The notes under the pieces are model-generated. The model was not told where the DNA came from. It did not search any database and saw only the letters and a list, made by a program, of their open reading frames with translations. This document shows, one piece after another, positions 50,365 to 59,578 of a DNA stretch of 64,000 nucleotides. The DNA lies in NCBI GenBank assembly GCA_016187835.1, contig JACPIY010000028.1, positions 33,455 through 97,454 on the forward strand, read 5' to 3'. The translations under genes and the position numbers were made by a program. This DNA comes from Deltaproteobacteria bacterium (GTDB lineage Bacteria; Desulfobacterota_D; UBA1144; Nemesobacterales; CSP1-2). Position 1 is the stretch's first letter. The number at the start of each line of letters is the position of its first letter.

Positions 50365-51363
50365 GTGATGACGATGATGAGATACTCTGAAAATATAAGA
50401 GAAGATCGAATCATAAGGGTATGTTTTTTCAGTTTTATTTTCGCGTGCTTATTATTTGTAGCATGCTCCTCCCCGGAAAAGAAACTCGAAGAGGCAAGAG
50501 AGCATTACACAAAGGGAAGGGATGCATATATGCTTTTCACGCCAAAAGGTTTAGAGGAAGCAATAACTGAGTATCAAAAGGCTATAGATTTGGATAAAAA
50601 CAATGCGCTTCCATACGCCGGACTTGGCGAAGCTTATTCCTTCTTGGGTTTGTGGAAAGAGCAAAACGATAATAAAAAAGATAATGGTCTCTATGATAAA
50701 TCCCTTCAGCATAGCCAAAAAGCAGTGGAGCTTGCTCCGGACTTGGGTGAATCTCATCGCGCTCTCGCTTCCAGTTATCGTGCCTCGGGTAAGTTTGAAG
50801 AGGCTAAGAAGGAAGCAGAAAAAGCAATAGAGCTTAACCCAAAAGATTCCGAGGCTTATTATGTACTCTGGACCCTAACTGGCGTGGATGTAAATAGTAA
50901 AAACATTAAAAAAGCCTTTGAGTTGAATCCGAATCTAAGCATAGCTCATAATGACCTTGGCTATATCTACTACACCAAGGGCAAGTATGAGAAAGCTGCT
51001 GAGCATCTAACGCGTGCGATTGAGATTACCCCTGATCTGATCCAAGCCCACACCAACCTTGGGCTTACCCTAGCGGCTCAGAAAAAGTTTGACGAAGCAG
51101 AGGAGGAATACCGGAAGGCAATTGAGATAAACTCTGATTATCTACTTGCACATTATAATCTAGGCGTTGCTTTTGGAAGCCAGGGCAAGTTTGACGAAGC
51201 CATTAGCGAATTTGAAAAGGCAATCCAAATCAACCCCGATTTCCCCGAGGCTTATATAACGCTCGCACTTGCTTATGAAAATAAAGGAGACAGAGAAAAA
51301 GCACTAGAGCAATATCAAAAGTTTGTTGACCTGGCATCAGCAAATAAATCAAGATATGAATAA
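50365..51363 (+). CDS. TPR-repeat lipoprotein
   Basis: Lipobox LFVACSS. About eight TPR units (AYxxLGxAY...). Confidence 0.7.
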   Translation: MMTMMRYSENIREDRIIRVCFFSFIFACLLFVACSSPEKKLEEAREHYTKGRDAYMLFTPKGLEEAITEYQKAIDLDKNNALPYAGLGEAYSFLGLWKEQNDNKKDNGLYDKSLQHSQKAVELAPDLGESHRALASSYRASGKFEEAKKEAEKAIELNPKDSEAYYVLWTLTGVDVNSKNIKKAFELNPNLSIAHNDLGYIYYTKGKYEKAAEHLTRAIEITPDLIQAHTNLGLTLAAQKKFDEAEEEYRKAIEINSDYLLAHYNLGVAFGSQGKFDEAISEFEKAIQINPDFPEAYITLALAYENKGDREKALEQYQKFVDLASANKSRYE

Positions 51364-51519
51364 CTGGTCGCTGAAGCCGGCAATAGAATTAAGAAGCTCC
51401 AAAAAGAAGATAAGTAATCGAGAGGGATGAACCACCCTGCTAGGGTTCTAAGTTAGCGAACTAAAAGGCGCTATTAGGTCCTTCGATTCTATAAAGACTA
51501 GCCTCAGGTCAAAAGGAGG

Positions 51520-52530
51520 ATGAGCATGAAAAGGCTGGCAAAAAACATACTGTTTCTTGCGATATTAATATCGGCTGTGTCAATAAGCCTCTTAAGCTGT
51601 GGAGGAGGGGGTGGGGGTAATGGTCAATCCAGCGAATCGGGCACAATAAACGGAAGAGTATCGGATGTTATGATGACAATGGCTCCGATGCAAGAAAGGT
51701 CATACATGTTAGCTTTGCTTCAGGAAATTATTAGCTTATCAAAAAAAGCCAATGCCCAGGCTTCAGGCGTTTCTGGAATCACTGTTTCAGCCATCCTGAA
51801 TGGAAATACCGTTGATACCGATACCACTGATGCAGAGGGTAATTTCACATTGACTGCTTTCGGCAATGTGACTCTGGTTTTCGTTACAGATGAATTTACA
51901 ATTTCTATAGATATTTCCATACCGGAAGGTACTGTGGTTAATATAGTTGTCACTCTCCTACCAGATGAACCGGATCCGGACGATCGGGTCGAAGTTGAAG
52001 ATTTGGAAATAGCGGGAACTGTACGTTGTGAAACCGGGGTTCTTAACATAAGTGACTTAGTCAATGATATTGTGATTGACGGAGGAGGGGAAGACGATTG
52101 TATAAGGGTTGAGGGAAGTTGTACTCTTAGTATGGGGTCTAATAACCTTACGCTTACCAATTGTGAGAGGTGTATTGATGCTAGAGGTACAGGCCAGGTA
52201 ACAATTACATCAGTGGATGTTAGCTGTGATGCCAGTGAAGATGGTATTAGAAGCAGAGGAAATTCCGTTGTTACCTTAGATGCCGATGGTGATATTGACA
52301 TTTCGGTTGGGGAAAATGGCATCAGAGCCGACGGTAACTCCGCTACCAGTTTGAGTGCTACTGGTGATATTAATGTTTCAGGGGATGAAAATGGGATTAG
52401 GGCTGAGGGCACGTCGAACGTCAATGTAAGTGCAGATGGTGAATGTTCAATATTTGGAGCTGAGAATCCTGTTCGACAAGACGGTGATCCGACAATCGAA
52501 ATTGCGGATTGTTTTCTCGCAGGACAATGA
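51520..52530 (+). CDS. Lipoprotein with a carboxypeptidase-regulatory-like N-terminal domain and C-terminal degenerate ~22-aa repeats (DGDIxxSxxENGIRAxGNS)
   Basis: Lipobox LLSCGGGGGG. TINGRV...GNFTLTAFG. Repeated ENGIRA(D/E)G units. Confidence 0.5.
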   Translation: MSMKRLAKNILFLAILISAVSISLLSCGGGGGGNGQSSESGTINGRVSDVMMTMAPMQERSYMLALLQEIISLSKKANAQASGVSGITVSAILNGNTVDTDTTDAEGNFTLTAFGNVTLVFVTDEFTISIDISIPEGTVVNIVVTLLPDEPDPDDRVEVEDLEIAGTVRCETGVLNISDLVNDIVIDGGGEDDCIRVEGSCTLSMGSNNLTLTNCERCIDARGTGQVTITSVDVSCDASEDGIRSRGNSVVTLDADGDIDISVGENGIRADGNSATSLSATGDINVSGDENGIRAEGTSNVNVSADGECSIFGAENPVRQDGDPTIEIADCFLAGQ

Positions 52531-52874
52531 GTCTAGAGATGATGATAGAATAAAGTTGAGCATAATTCTTGGAATGAGTGAGTGAACGCAATGTAGGTCA
52601 GAAAAATTATAGAAAATTGGAGCGGTAACGAAATGGCATTGGAATTATTATTTTCTTAGTTTTAAATATAAGTTACATATAAAATTCAAATAAGTTTAGT
52701 TTTGTGGGTTTTGAGTATGTCTTATGAAAAATTTTTCTTGACTTTTTTTTATTTTTATAATAGAAATAAGCTTTCTAGCAAATTCAAATTTGTTGAAGAA
52801 AGTGAATAGTATTTTATATTCTGATGCTATTGAGCTTTGTCTTACCATATTAAACTTATAAGGAGGATAGATTC

Positions 52875-53276
52875 ATGATTCTTATGAGAAATAAGCTGTA
52901 TAGGTTATCGATAATAATTATTGTTCTGTTGAGTTTCACCCCTATGTGTTTAATTTCTAAAAGCGTTGAGGGTGCTACACTCGCCTCGCAGATGATTTCA
53001 TCAGACGGTAAAACATCGGCAAGGGGAATTGAAGAAGCAAAAGTTCGTAGAGCACTTGAGAATAAAATAGTAGCTGAAAAGCTAAAGAGCTACGGGCTTT
53101 CTAAAGAAGAAGTAATAACAAAAATGGAGAGAATGAGCGATGAACAGGTTCATCAGTTGGCTTCTCTTTCCGACCGAATACCGGCAGGCGCTGATGGTGG
53201 TGCAACAGCGGCAGTGATAATTCTGGTAGTTTTTGTAATGGTACTCTTGGTTCTTATAGTGTTGAGAAGGATCTGA
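52875..53276 (+). CDS. Small secreted/membrane protein, recalled as PA2779-family-like (tentative)
   Basis: N-terminal signal/TM and a C-terminal TM (AAVIILVVFVMVLLVLIVL). It sits immediately upstream of a C39-like peptidase, as in the PA2778/PA2779 gene pair. Confidence 0.35.
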   Translation: MILMRNKLYRLSIIIIVLLSFTPMCLISKSVEGATLASQMISSDGKTSARGIEEAKVRRALENKIVAEKLKSYGLSKEEVITKMERMSDEQVHQLASLSDRIPAGADGGATAAVIILVVFVMVLLVLIVLRRI

Positions 53277-53291
53277 TCTTATCTCGAGGTC

Positions 53292-53867
53292 ATGAGGTTT
53301 TCTCTCATGTGTAGGTTTAGGGGGGTCTTTAGGTCTGGTCTACTTTTGGTTGTCGTCTTGCTTATTGCAGGATGTTCTCAGAGACCTTCTATACATGGCA
53401 GTGTTCCTGCTTCGAATGAAGCTAAGGTTATAGAGAACGTCCCCTTTGTAAAACAGAAAGGTAAGTTTTGCGGACCTGCAGCTATGGCTTCAGTAATGAG
53501 ATTCTATGGTCAAAATATAAGTCAGGAAGAAATCGCCAAAGAAGTGTATACTCCAAAACTAGGGGGAGCACTTATATCAGACATGGAATACTTTGCAAGG
53601 GAAATGGGGTATAAAGCAGAAACGAAAAACGGGGATTTAAAGGCGATAATCTCTATTATCAATGAGGGTATACCTACTATATTGATCGTTGACCTTGGAA
53701 AGTGGGTTGTAAGTGTTCCCCATTACTATGTGGTGTATGGTTATAACAAGAGTAGCAGCACGTTCCTACTGCACAGCGGATTCAAAGGGGATCAAGAAAT
53801 GAGTTTTTCTGAATTAGATAAAGAGTGGGAAAAAATGAATAGGCTTATGCTTGTAGTTAGAAAGTGA
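53292..53867 (+). CDS. C39-like cysteine peptidase domain lipoprotein (PA2778-family-like peptidase module)
   Basis: VPFVKQKGKFCGPAAMASVMRFYG is the papain-like C39 catalytic Cys context. Lipobox LIAGCS. Confidence 0.55.
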   Translation: MRFSLMCRFRGVFRSGLLLVVVLLIAGCSQRPSIHGSVPASNEAKVIENVPFVKQKGKFCGPAAMASVMRFYGQNISQEEIAKEVYTPKLGGALISDMEYFAREMGYKAETKNGDLKAIISIINEGIPTILIVDLGKWVVSVPHYYVVYGYNKSSSTFLLHSGFKGDQEMSFSELDKEWEKMNRLMLVVRK

Positions 53868-54484
53868 AAAAATATACAATAAATTTTGTCTTTTTTCTTC
53901 TTTTTTCCTGTCTGCTTTCTGGATGTAGTTACTTTCCAAAGCTAGTACTCCTACAGGACCCCTTAACCGCCGAGGAGCATAACAACCTGGGCGTGGCTTA
54001 TGAAAAAGAGGGAAAATATGAACTAGCCCTGAGGGAGTATAAGAAAGCGTTGGATAAAAAACCCAACTTGACTACTTCTATTGTAAATATGGGAAATGTT
54101 TACTCTAAACAGGGAAAGTACAAACAGGCGGAGAAAAGTTATTTGAATGCGCTCAAGAAAGACGAAAAGAATATTGAGGCCGCCAATAACCTGGCATCTC
54201 TTTATATTGCGCTTAATAAAAACTACGAGAAGGGCTTAGAATATTTAACTAAGGCTACTAGTTCTCATGATCAAATACCTGCCTATGCCCTTGATACTCT
54301 CGGGGTTTTGTACCATAGACTAGGCAACGAACTCAAAGCAAAAGAAATGCTCCTAAAAGCCTGCGAGAGTGTAGATGATGATAGAGCTCTCTTTGAGGAA
54401 ATAGAGGTTCACCTCAGGGAATTGGGTGAGGATGGGTGCAAAAATAAGTCTATTCAGCAACCAGTTTCTCTCGATAAATCATGA
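53864..54484 (+). CDS. TPR-repeat lipoprotein
   Basis: Lipobox LLSGCS. TPR units NNLGVAYEKEGKYELALREYKKAL... The start overlaps the peptidase stop (GTGA). Confidence 0.65.
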   Translation: MKKYTINFVFFLLFSCLLSGCSYFPKLVLLQDPLTAEEHNNLGVAYEKEGKYELALREYKKALDKKPNLTTSIVNMGNVYSKQGKYKQAEKSYLNALKKDEKNIEAANNLASLYIALNKNYEKGLEYLTKATSSHDQIPAYALDTLGVLYHRLGNELKAKEMLLKACESVDDDRALFEEIEVHLRELGEDGCKNKSIQQPVSLDKS

Positions 54485-54663
54485 ATTAATTTTTTCTTCC
54501 TTAAAAGGGAATAATTACCAAGTCATAAATAACCTGGTGATAAATGCACAACAGGCAATGTCTGAAGGTGGATTAATAAAGATCAAGGCCGAGAACCGAT
54601 TAATTCGATAACTATTTAATTGTAATAATCAAGATTTATTCTATCGGACAATGTCAGCACGAT

Positions 54664-55050
54664 TTTCACCCTTTGTCAAAATTCTCAAGGCTGCCAATCC
54701 TAGCGCTTCGATACCTCAGAGCAAAGCGAAGCAATAAACTCCGCGAAGCAATCTGACACCGCTGTCATTCCGAACGTATGTGAGGAATCTTAAACGCCGT
54801 AAAGATTTCTCCCTGCGGTCGAAATGACAGGAGGGTCGGTCAAAACGACAGTCTCATTTGTCATTCCGAACCCTGTCCCGAATCCTTCGGCGGAGTTTAC
54901 ACTGAGCACTTCGATTCTCTCGGTACAGGCTAATCTTGTTGATTTCGAGATGATAAGAGTAACGGTCGAATGACAGTTATTTAATAGGAATTACTAAATT
55001 GGGTAAGATTTACTCTACCTTGTCTGTTTGGTCGGTCAAATTCAAATTGT
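54664..55050. repeat. Intergenic repeat element copy 2 (about 390 bp)
   Basis: See copy 1. Both copies end about 10 bp from the stop codon of a minus-strand gene (pepF here, the aminotransferase for copy 1). Confidence 0.65.
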
Positions 55051-55070
55051 AGAATTTTAATCTCCCTTTG

Positions 55071-56903
55071 TTAATTACTCTTTTGCTCCGCAAATTTATC
55101 CGCGAGTTCTACGGCTTCTTCAACCATTTCCCTCAGCAAATCCAGTCCTCCCTGCCAGAAGTTGGGATCGGTAATATCAACGCCAACACGGGCTAGGAGT
55201 TTCTCCGGTGCATCCGAACCGCCTGATGAAAGCAGCTCGATATAACGGGAAACAAAGGCATCGCCTTCTTTTAGATATTTGTTATATAGGGCAAGCACCA
55301 GAAGCTCTCCGAAGGAATAGGCATAACAGTAAAAAGGCGAATGTATGAAGTGTGGAATATACATCCACCACCATCCGTAGTCCTCCGTCAACTTCACAGA
55401 GCTGCCGAACATGGGTTCATTGGCTTCAATCCAGAGTTCATTTATTCTCTTGGGCGTGAGTTCGCCTTCAGTTATTCGTGCCTGATGAAGCTTTTCTTCA
55501 AATCGGGTAAGTACGACTTGACGAAACACGGTTGCAAAAATATCTTCCAGTTTGCTGCAAAGAAGCGAAAGCCGAGATTTCGGGTCTTTTTCAGATTCTT
55601 TTAGTTTATGGAATACAAGAATTTCACCGAACACACTCGCGGTCTCTGCAGTGGTAAGCGGTGTGTGGCACTGGAAATACCCCTGCTTTCTCGACAGGTA
55701 CTGATGGATTCCATGGCCGAGTTCGTGCGCCAGCGTCATAACGTCGCGCAGTTTCCCGGTGTAGTTTATGAATACATAGGGATGAACACTCGGGACGGTG
55801 CTATGACTAAATGCGCCCCCTCGTTTTCCCTTTCTCACTTCTGCATCAACCCAATCCTTTTCAAAAAACTCTTCTGCAATCTCGGACATCCGGGGCGAAA
55901 AGTATCGAAAGGCTTCTAGAATGATTTCTTTGCCTTCTTTGTAGCTGATCGTGTTCTTTTCGGAAAAAATAGGTGCGTAGCGGTCATAGTCGCGGAATCT
56001 TTTTATACCAAGGAGCCTCTTTTTTAGGTTGTAATATTTCTCCACCATGTGATAGTTTTTTTCGCACGAGGTCATCAGAGTGTCTACAGTTACTTTATTA
56101 ATTTCATTATCTAGATGACGCGATGCCATGGGATACGGGAAAGATCGAAGGCGATCATTTGTAGAATGATCTTGAACGAGTATGTTGAAGATATAGTTAA
56201 GAACGTGGGCGTTATCCTTAAGTCCTTTTGTAAGTCCCTCTGCCGCGGCCTTCCGCTTATTTCTGTCTGGATCATAGAGAAGGGCGAGCGTTTCAGTTTC
56301 GGTAAGGTGTTTTATCTTGCCGTCTAATTTGACTTTGAATCTAATGTTATTTATTACCTCGTCAAAAAGGCGGCTAAACGCGCGGGAGCCCGTATTTGCC
56401 TTTTCATCAAGTATTTTTTCTTCAGGCTCGCTTAATCTATGGGGCTTATATCGTCTTTCGTGTTCAAGGAAGTGGCGGTAAAGTGAAACTGTTTGATCCT
56501 CAAGCACGCGATTTGCCATATCATCAGGCAGAGCAATCCACTCAAGCTCAAAAAACATGAGGTGTTTTCTAATTTGAGTTGCCTTTTCCTGAACTTCTTG
56601 AAGAAAAGCCCCGTGTTTTGGATTGCTAGTGTCTGCGGCAAATACGAGATAAGCATAAGAGAGTAATTTCCCTATCTGCTCGCTAATTGATTCAAGTTCC
56701 TGTACTGCTTCAATAAGAAGAGCGGGAGTAATCTCTTCTGAATTTATCTTTCCTCTGTATTTTTCTTCAAAGTACTTTGCTCTTCCGGATGCGTCTTGGG
56801 TATCTCTTTCAATTTGCGGATCATCGAGGTTTATATACAAATCCGAGAGATTCCATGTGACTCCCTCTGAGCCAACTGGAACGGTTTCTGCTACTTCAGC
56901 CAT
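55071..56903 (-). CDS. pepF: Oligoendopeptidase F (M3B)
   Basis: HELGHGIH zinc motif. The 610-aa length is typical of PepF. Confidence 0.88.
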   Translation of the reverse strand: MAEVAETVPVGSEGVTWNLSDLYINLDDPQIERDTQDASGRAKYFEEKYRGKINSEEITPALLIEAVQELESISEQIGKLLSYAYLVFAADTSNPKHGAFLQEVQEKATQIRKHLMFFELEWIALPDDMANRVLEDQTVSLYRHFLEHERRYKPHRLSEPEEKILDEKANTGSRAFSRLFDEVINNIRFKVKLDGKIKHLTETETLALLYDPDRNKRKAAAEGLTKGLKDNAHVLNYIFNILVQDHSTNDRLRSFPYPMASRHLDNEINKVTVDTLMTSCEKNYHMVEKYYNLKKRLLGIKRFRDYDRYAPIFSEKNTISYKEGKEIILEAFRYFSPRMSEIAEEFFEKDWVDAEVRKGKRGGAFSHSTVPSVHPYVFINYTGKLRDVMTLAHELGHGIHQYLSRKQGYFQCHTPLTTAETASVFGEILVFHKLKESEKDPKSRLSLLCSKLEDIFATVFRQVVLTRFEEKLHQARITEGELTPKRINELWIEANEPMFGSSVKLTEDYGWWWMYIPHFIHSPFYCYAYSFGELLVLALYNKYLKEGDAFVSRYIELLSSGGSDAPEKLLARVGVDITDPNFWQGGLDLLREMVEEAVELADKFAEQKSN

Positions 56904-56983
56904 AGTGGTTTCTCCTTTGCCAGGTTATTGTTTATTGGATTAATAGATGAATATTTAAAGCCGGAAAATACTAATTCACTGTT

Positions 56984-57468
56984 TTACATTGAACTGTTCA
57001 TAATAAAATCCAAAACCTCTTTTGCATGTCCTGCGGGGTTTATTTTTCGGTATATATTAGCCACCTTCCCAGAAGGATCAATGATAATAGAATCTCTTGA
57101 AGCATACCCACTGGAAACTTTTACATCGTATTGCGACATTATGTTATGTTCTTATCTCTAAAATCACAGTGGCTCTCTTTTGTATCAGCGCTTATGCCAT
57201 AAACCTGAGCGCCATTCTTTAAAAATTCCTCATAGAGTTCCGTGAATTCCTTGGCTTCAATAGTGCATCCCGGAGTGTCGTCTTTTGGGTAGAAATAGAG
57301 CACCACCCATTTTCCTTTTAGATTTTTTAAGTCAACGAGTCTATTCTCATGGTCTTTTGCTTTGAATTCAGGTGCAATCTCACCTACTTTAACCTCTGCT
57401 TTAGAGATTAAGATAAAATAAAAGAGAATAAAAACTGATAAGCCAAGTAATCCGAATACTTTTCTCAT
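56984..57468 (-). pseudogene. bcp: Peroxiredoxin (Bcp/AhpC-TSA family), split by a 1-bp frameshift near 57138
   Basis: PKDDTPGCTIEA peroxidatic Cys motif in ORF 57139-57468. The C-terminal RDSIIIDPSGKVANIYRKINPAGHAKEVLDFI continues in the adjacent frame down to the stop at 56984. Confidence 0.6.
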
Positions 57469-57482
57469 AATTATCTCCCAGT

Positions 57483-57947
57483 CTAAGACGAACCCTCTAT
57501 TTTTTCCAGTTCCTCTTTAGCTACTTTATTTACCAATGCACCGTCGGCTTTTCCTTTCATGCGAGGCATGAGTATTTTCATCACTTTTCCCAATTCTTTG
57601 ATGGTTTTTGCTTCGGCTTCTTGAATGGCTTTTCTCACTTCTTCTCTAACTTCCTCATCCGTCATCTGCTTGGGCATGTACTTTATAAGAACGTCAAGCT
57701 CGACTTTTTCTTTATCCGCTAAATCCTGTCTTTGTCCCTTCATATACCCCTCTATTGATTCTTTCCGTTTTTTAATTTCACTCCCTATAACCTCGATAAC
57801 CTCTTCGTTGGTTAACTCACCTTTGTTTTTCTCTATTTCTTTATTCCTTATCGCAGACTGAAGCATGCGAAGAACGGAAAGTTCCACAGCGTTTTTGTTT
57901 CTGAGCGCGTTCTTTAAGTCCTCGGGTATTTTGTTTCTAAGACTCAT
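57483..57947 (-). CDS. GatB/YqeY-domain protein
   Basis: YqeY-like pattern throughout (KNALRNKNAVELSVLRMLQSAIRNKEIE...). Confidence 0.8.
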   Translation of the reverse strand: MSLRNKIPEDLKNALRNKNAVELSVLRMLQSAIRNKEIEKNKGELTNEEVIEVIGSEIKKRKESIEGYMKGQRQDLADKEKVELDVLIKYMPKQMTDEEVREEVRKAIQEAEAKTIKELGKVMKILMPRMKGKADGALVNKVAKEELEKIEGSS

Positions 57948-58279
57948 TTTTCAAAGCCCTATTATTTTCATGATGCATGTGGTTCCCTGAAAACCCCATT
58001 CTTTACCCCGTGAGACAATTTCATATCTCATGGGGTGAATAGCTACTATAGATCCCACCGCGCATCAAATACCTCTAAAAAATTACCATAAAGTGTGGCT
58101 GGAATAAAATCTCGGTCCGAGTTGGAAAGGATAGACGTGGGTGGCTTTCCAGTCCTGTCTTGGTAGACGAAATTGTAAAACCTCGCATATCATTGGACGA
58201 ACGGCCACTCCCCCCTACTTATTAACGTACAAAAGGTCAGGTAATGTGATACCAATGGTAAAATCGAAGAGGTGTAATC

Positions 58280-58948
58280 ATGACATTTACGAAAGAACTC
58301 TGGCGAGAGATAATCCCAATTTATAAATCAATAATTTCTCATCCCTTTATTAAAGGACTTACCGATGGCTCGCTAAGAGAAGAATCCTTTAAATTCTACG
58401 TTATTCAGGACGCCCTTTACCTTCGAGAATTCGCAAGGTCTCTTAGCATTGCTGCGGCTAAAGCTCCGGAAGACGATTGGATAATAATGTTTAATGAACA
58501 TTCTGCCGGAGCACTTAAGGTAGAACGTGCCCTCCATGACAGCTTCTTTCGCGATTTTCGTATGAGAAAAAAGGATGTAGCGACCACTCCTCTTGCGCCG
58601 ACGAATCTCGCTTATACAACCTACCTCCTTTCCGTAGCGTATTCTTCTCCGTTTCACGAGGTTGTCGGAGCTCTTCTTCCCTGCTATTGGATATACTGGG
58701 AGGTAGGGAAAGCATTGATTTCTAAGGGTTCTACAAACTCGCTTTATCAAAGATGGATTGATACCTATGGAGGAGAAGAGTTCGCAGGAATTGTTAGAGC
58801 GGTCCTTGGCCTTACAAACAGAGTCACAAAGGGTTTAAGAGAGAACGAAAAAGAAGCAGTGAAAAAGCACTTTGTTGCCACAAGCCGTTACGAGTGGATG
58901 TTCTGGGATATGGGATTTAGATGTGAGAGATGGCCAGTGGGAAAGTGA
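58280..58948 (+). CDS. tenA: Thiaminase II / TenA family protein
   Basis: HPFIKGLTDGSLREESFKFYVIQDALYLREFARSL is the TenA/PqqC-like fold. Confidence 0.8.
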   Translation: MTFTKELWREIIPIYKSIISHPFIKGLTDGSLREESFKFYVIQDALYLREFARSLSIAAAKAPEDDWIIMFNEHSAGALKVERALHDSFFRDFRMRKKDVATTPLAPTNLAYTTYLLSVAYSSPFHEVVGALLPCYWIYWEVGKALISKGSTNSLYQRWIDTYGGEEFAGIVRAVLGLTNRVTKGLRENEKEAVKKHFVATSRYEWMFWDMGFRCERWPVGK

Positions 58949-58954
58949 TAGGGG

Positions 58955-59329
58955 TTATTGAGTAGAGCCCCTATTATGTTTGATGAAATCTTTAACTAAT
59001 TTCACAAGTGCTTTACTCGAAAAGGGTTTTGGTAAGAACCTGTTTCCTGTTGACTCTATGAATTCATTTATATTTCCTGATACGAATATTATCCTCTTTG
59101 CCTGTTCTTGATTTAGCGTCATTACTTTCAGATAAAGCTGGTCTCCCTTCATTTTAGGCATTTCAAAGTCAGAGATTATTGCATCGTAGCGATTATTTTT
59201 TATTCTTTCCAGACCCTCTGCTCCGTCTCTTGCAATCTCTACCTGAAATCCCTCTCTCTCTAAAAGGTCTTTCTCTAGGACTGATATTGACTCGTCATCT
59301 TCTACAATGAGGATTTTCTTTTTGTGCAA
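58955..59329 (-). CDS. Stand-alone response-regulator receiver domain protein (CheY-like)
   Basis: KILIVEDDESI...DAIISDFEMPKMKGDQL...PKPF provides the phospho-acceptor Asp context. Confidence 0.8.
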   Translation of the reverse strand: MHKKKILIVEDDESISVLEKDLLEREGFQVEIARDGAEGLERIKNNRYDAIISDFEMPKMKGDQLYLKVMTLNQEQAKRIIFVSGNINEFIESTGNRFLPKPFSSKALVKLVKDFIKHNRGSTQ

Positions 59330-59578
59330 TTATTCTCTTTCTCCAAATCGTAACTGTATAATCCGGATAATTTATACCTTCTCATATTTGTTAATTCATC
59401 TATGCAGAAGATATCTGTTTAAGGTGTACAACGGATTTATTTGCACTCCTTAGTTCCCCTCTTCAATGACAATATAGTAATACTTAGGACAAAGCAATTT
59501 AAACTAGACCTAAGGCTGGATTTTGCCTATGTCTTTAGTTATAAGAATACCCAAGCACTAAGCCTTTTATCGGATTAC

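Noticed and set aside
46184-55050. CRISPR array or attC array
   Set aside because: The repeats are about 400 bp long, occur as dispersed single copies rather than regularly spaced short direct repeats with unique spacers, and no cas or intI gene is present.
57948-58279. Possible TPP (THI-box) riboswitch upstream of tenA
   Set aside because: I searched the 330-nt leader for the conserved CUGAGA ... ACCUGAUCUGGAUAAUGCCAGCGUAGGGAA elements. Only the unrelated CCCCGTGAGA hairpin repeat is present. There is no AGGGAA or UAAUGCCAGCG-like segment.
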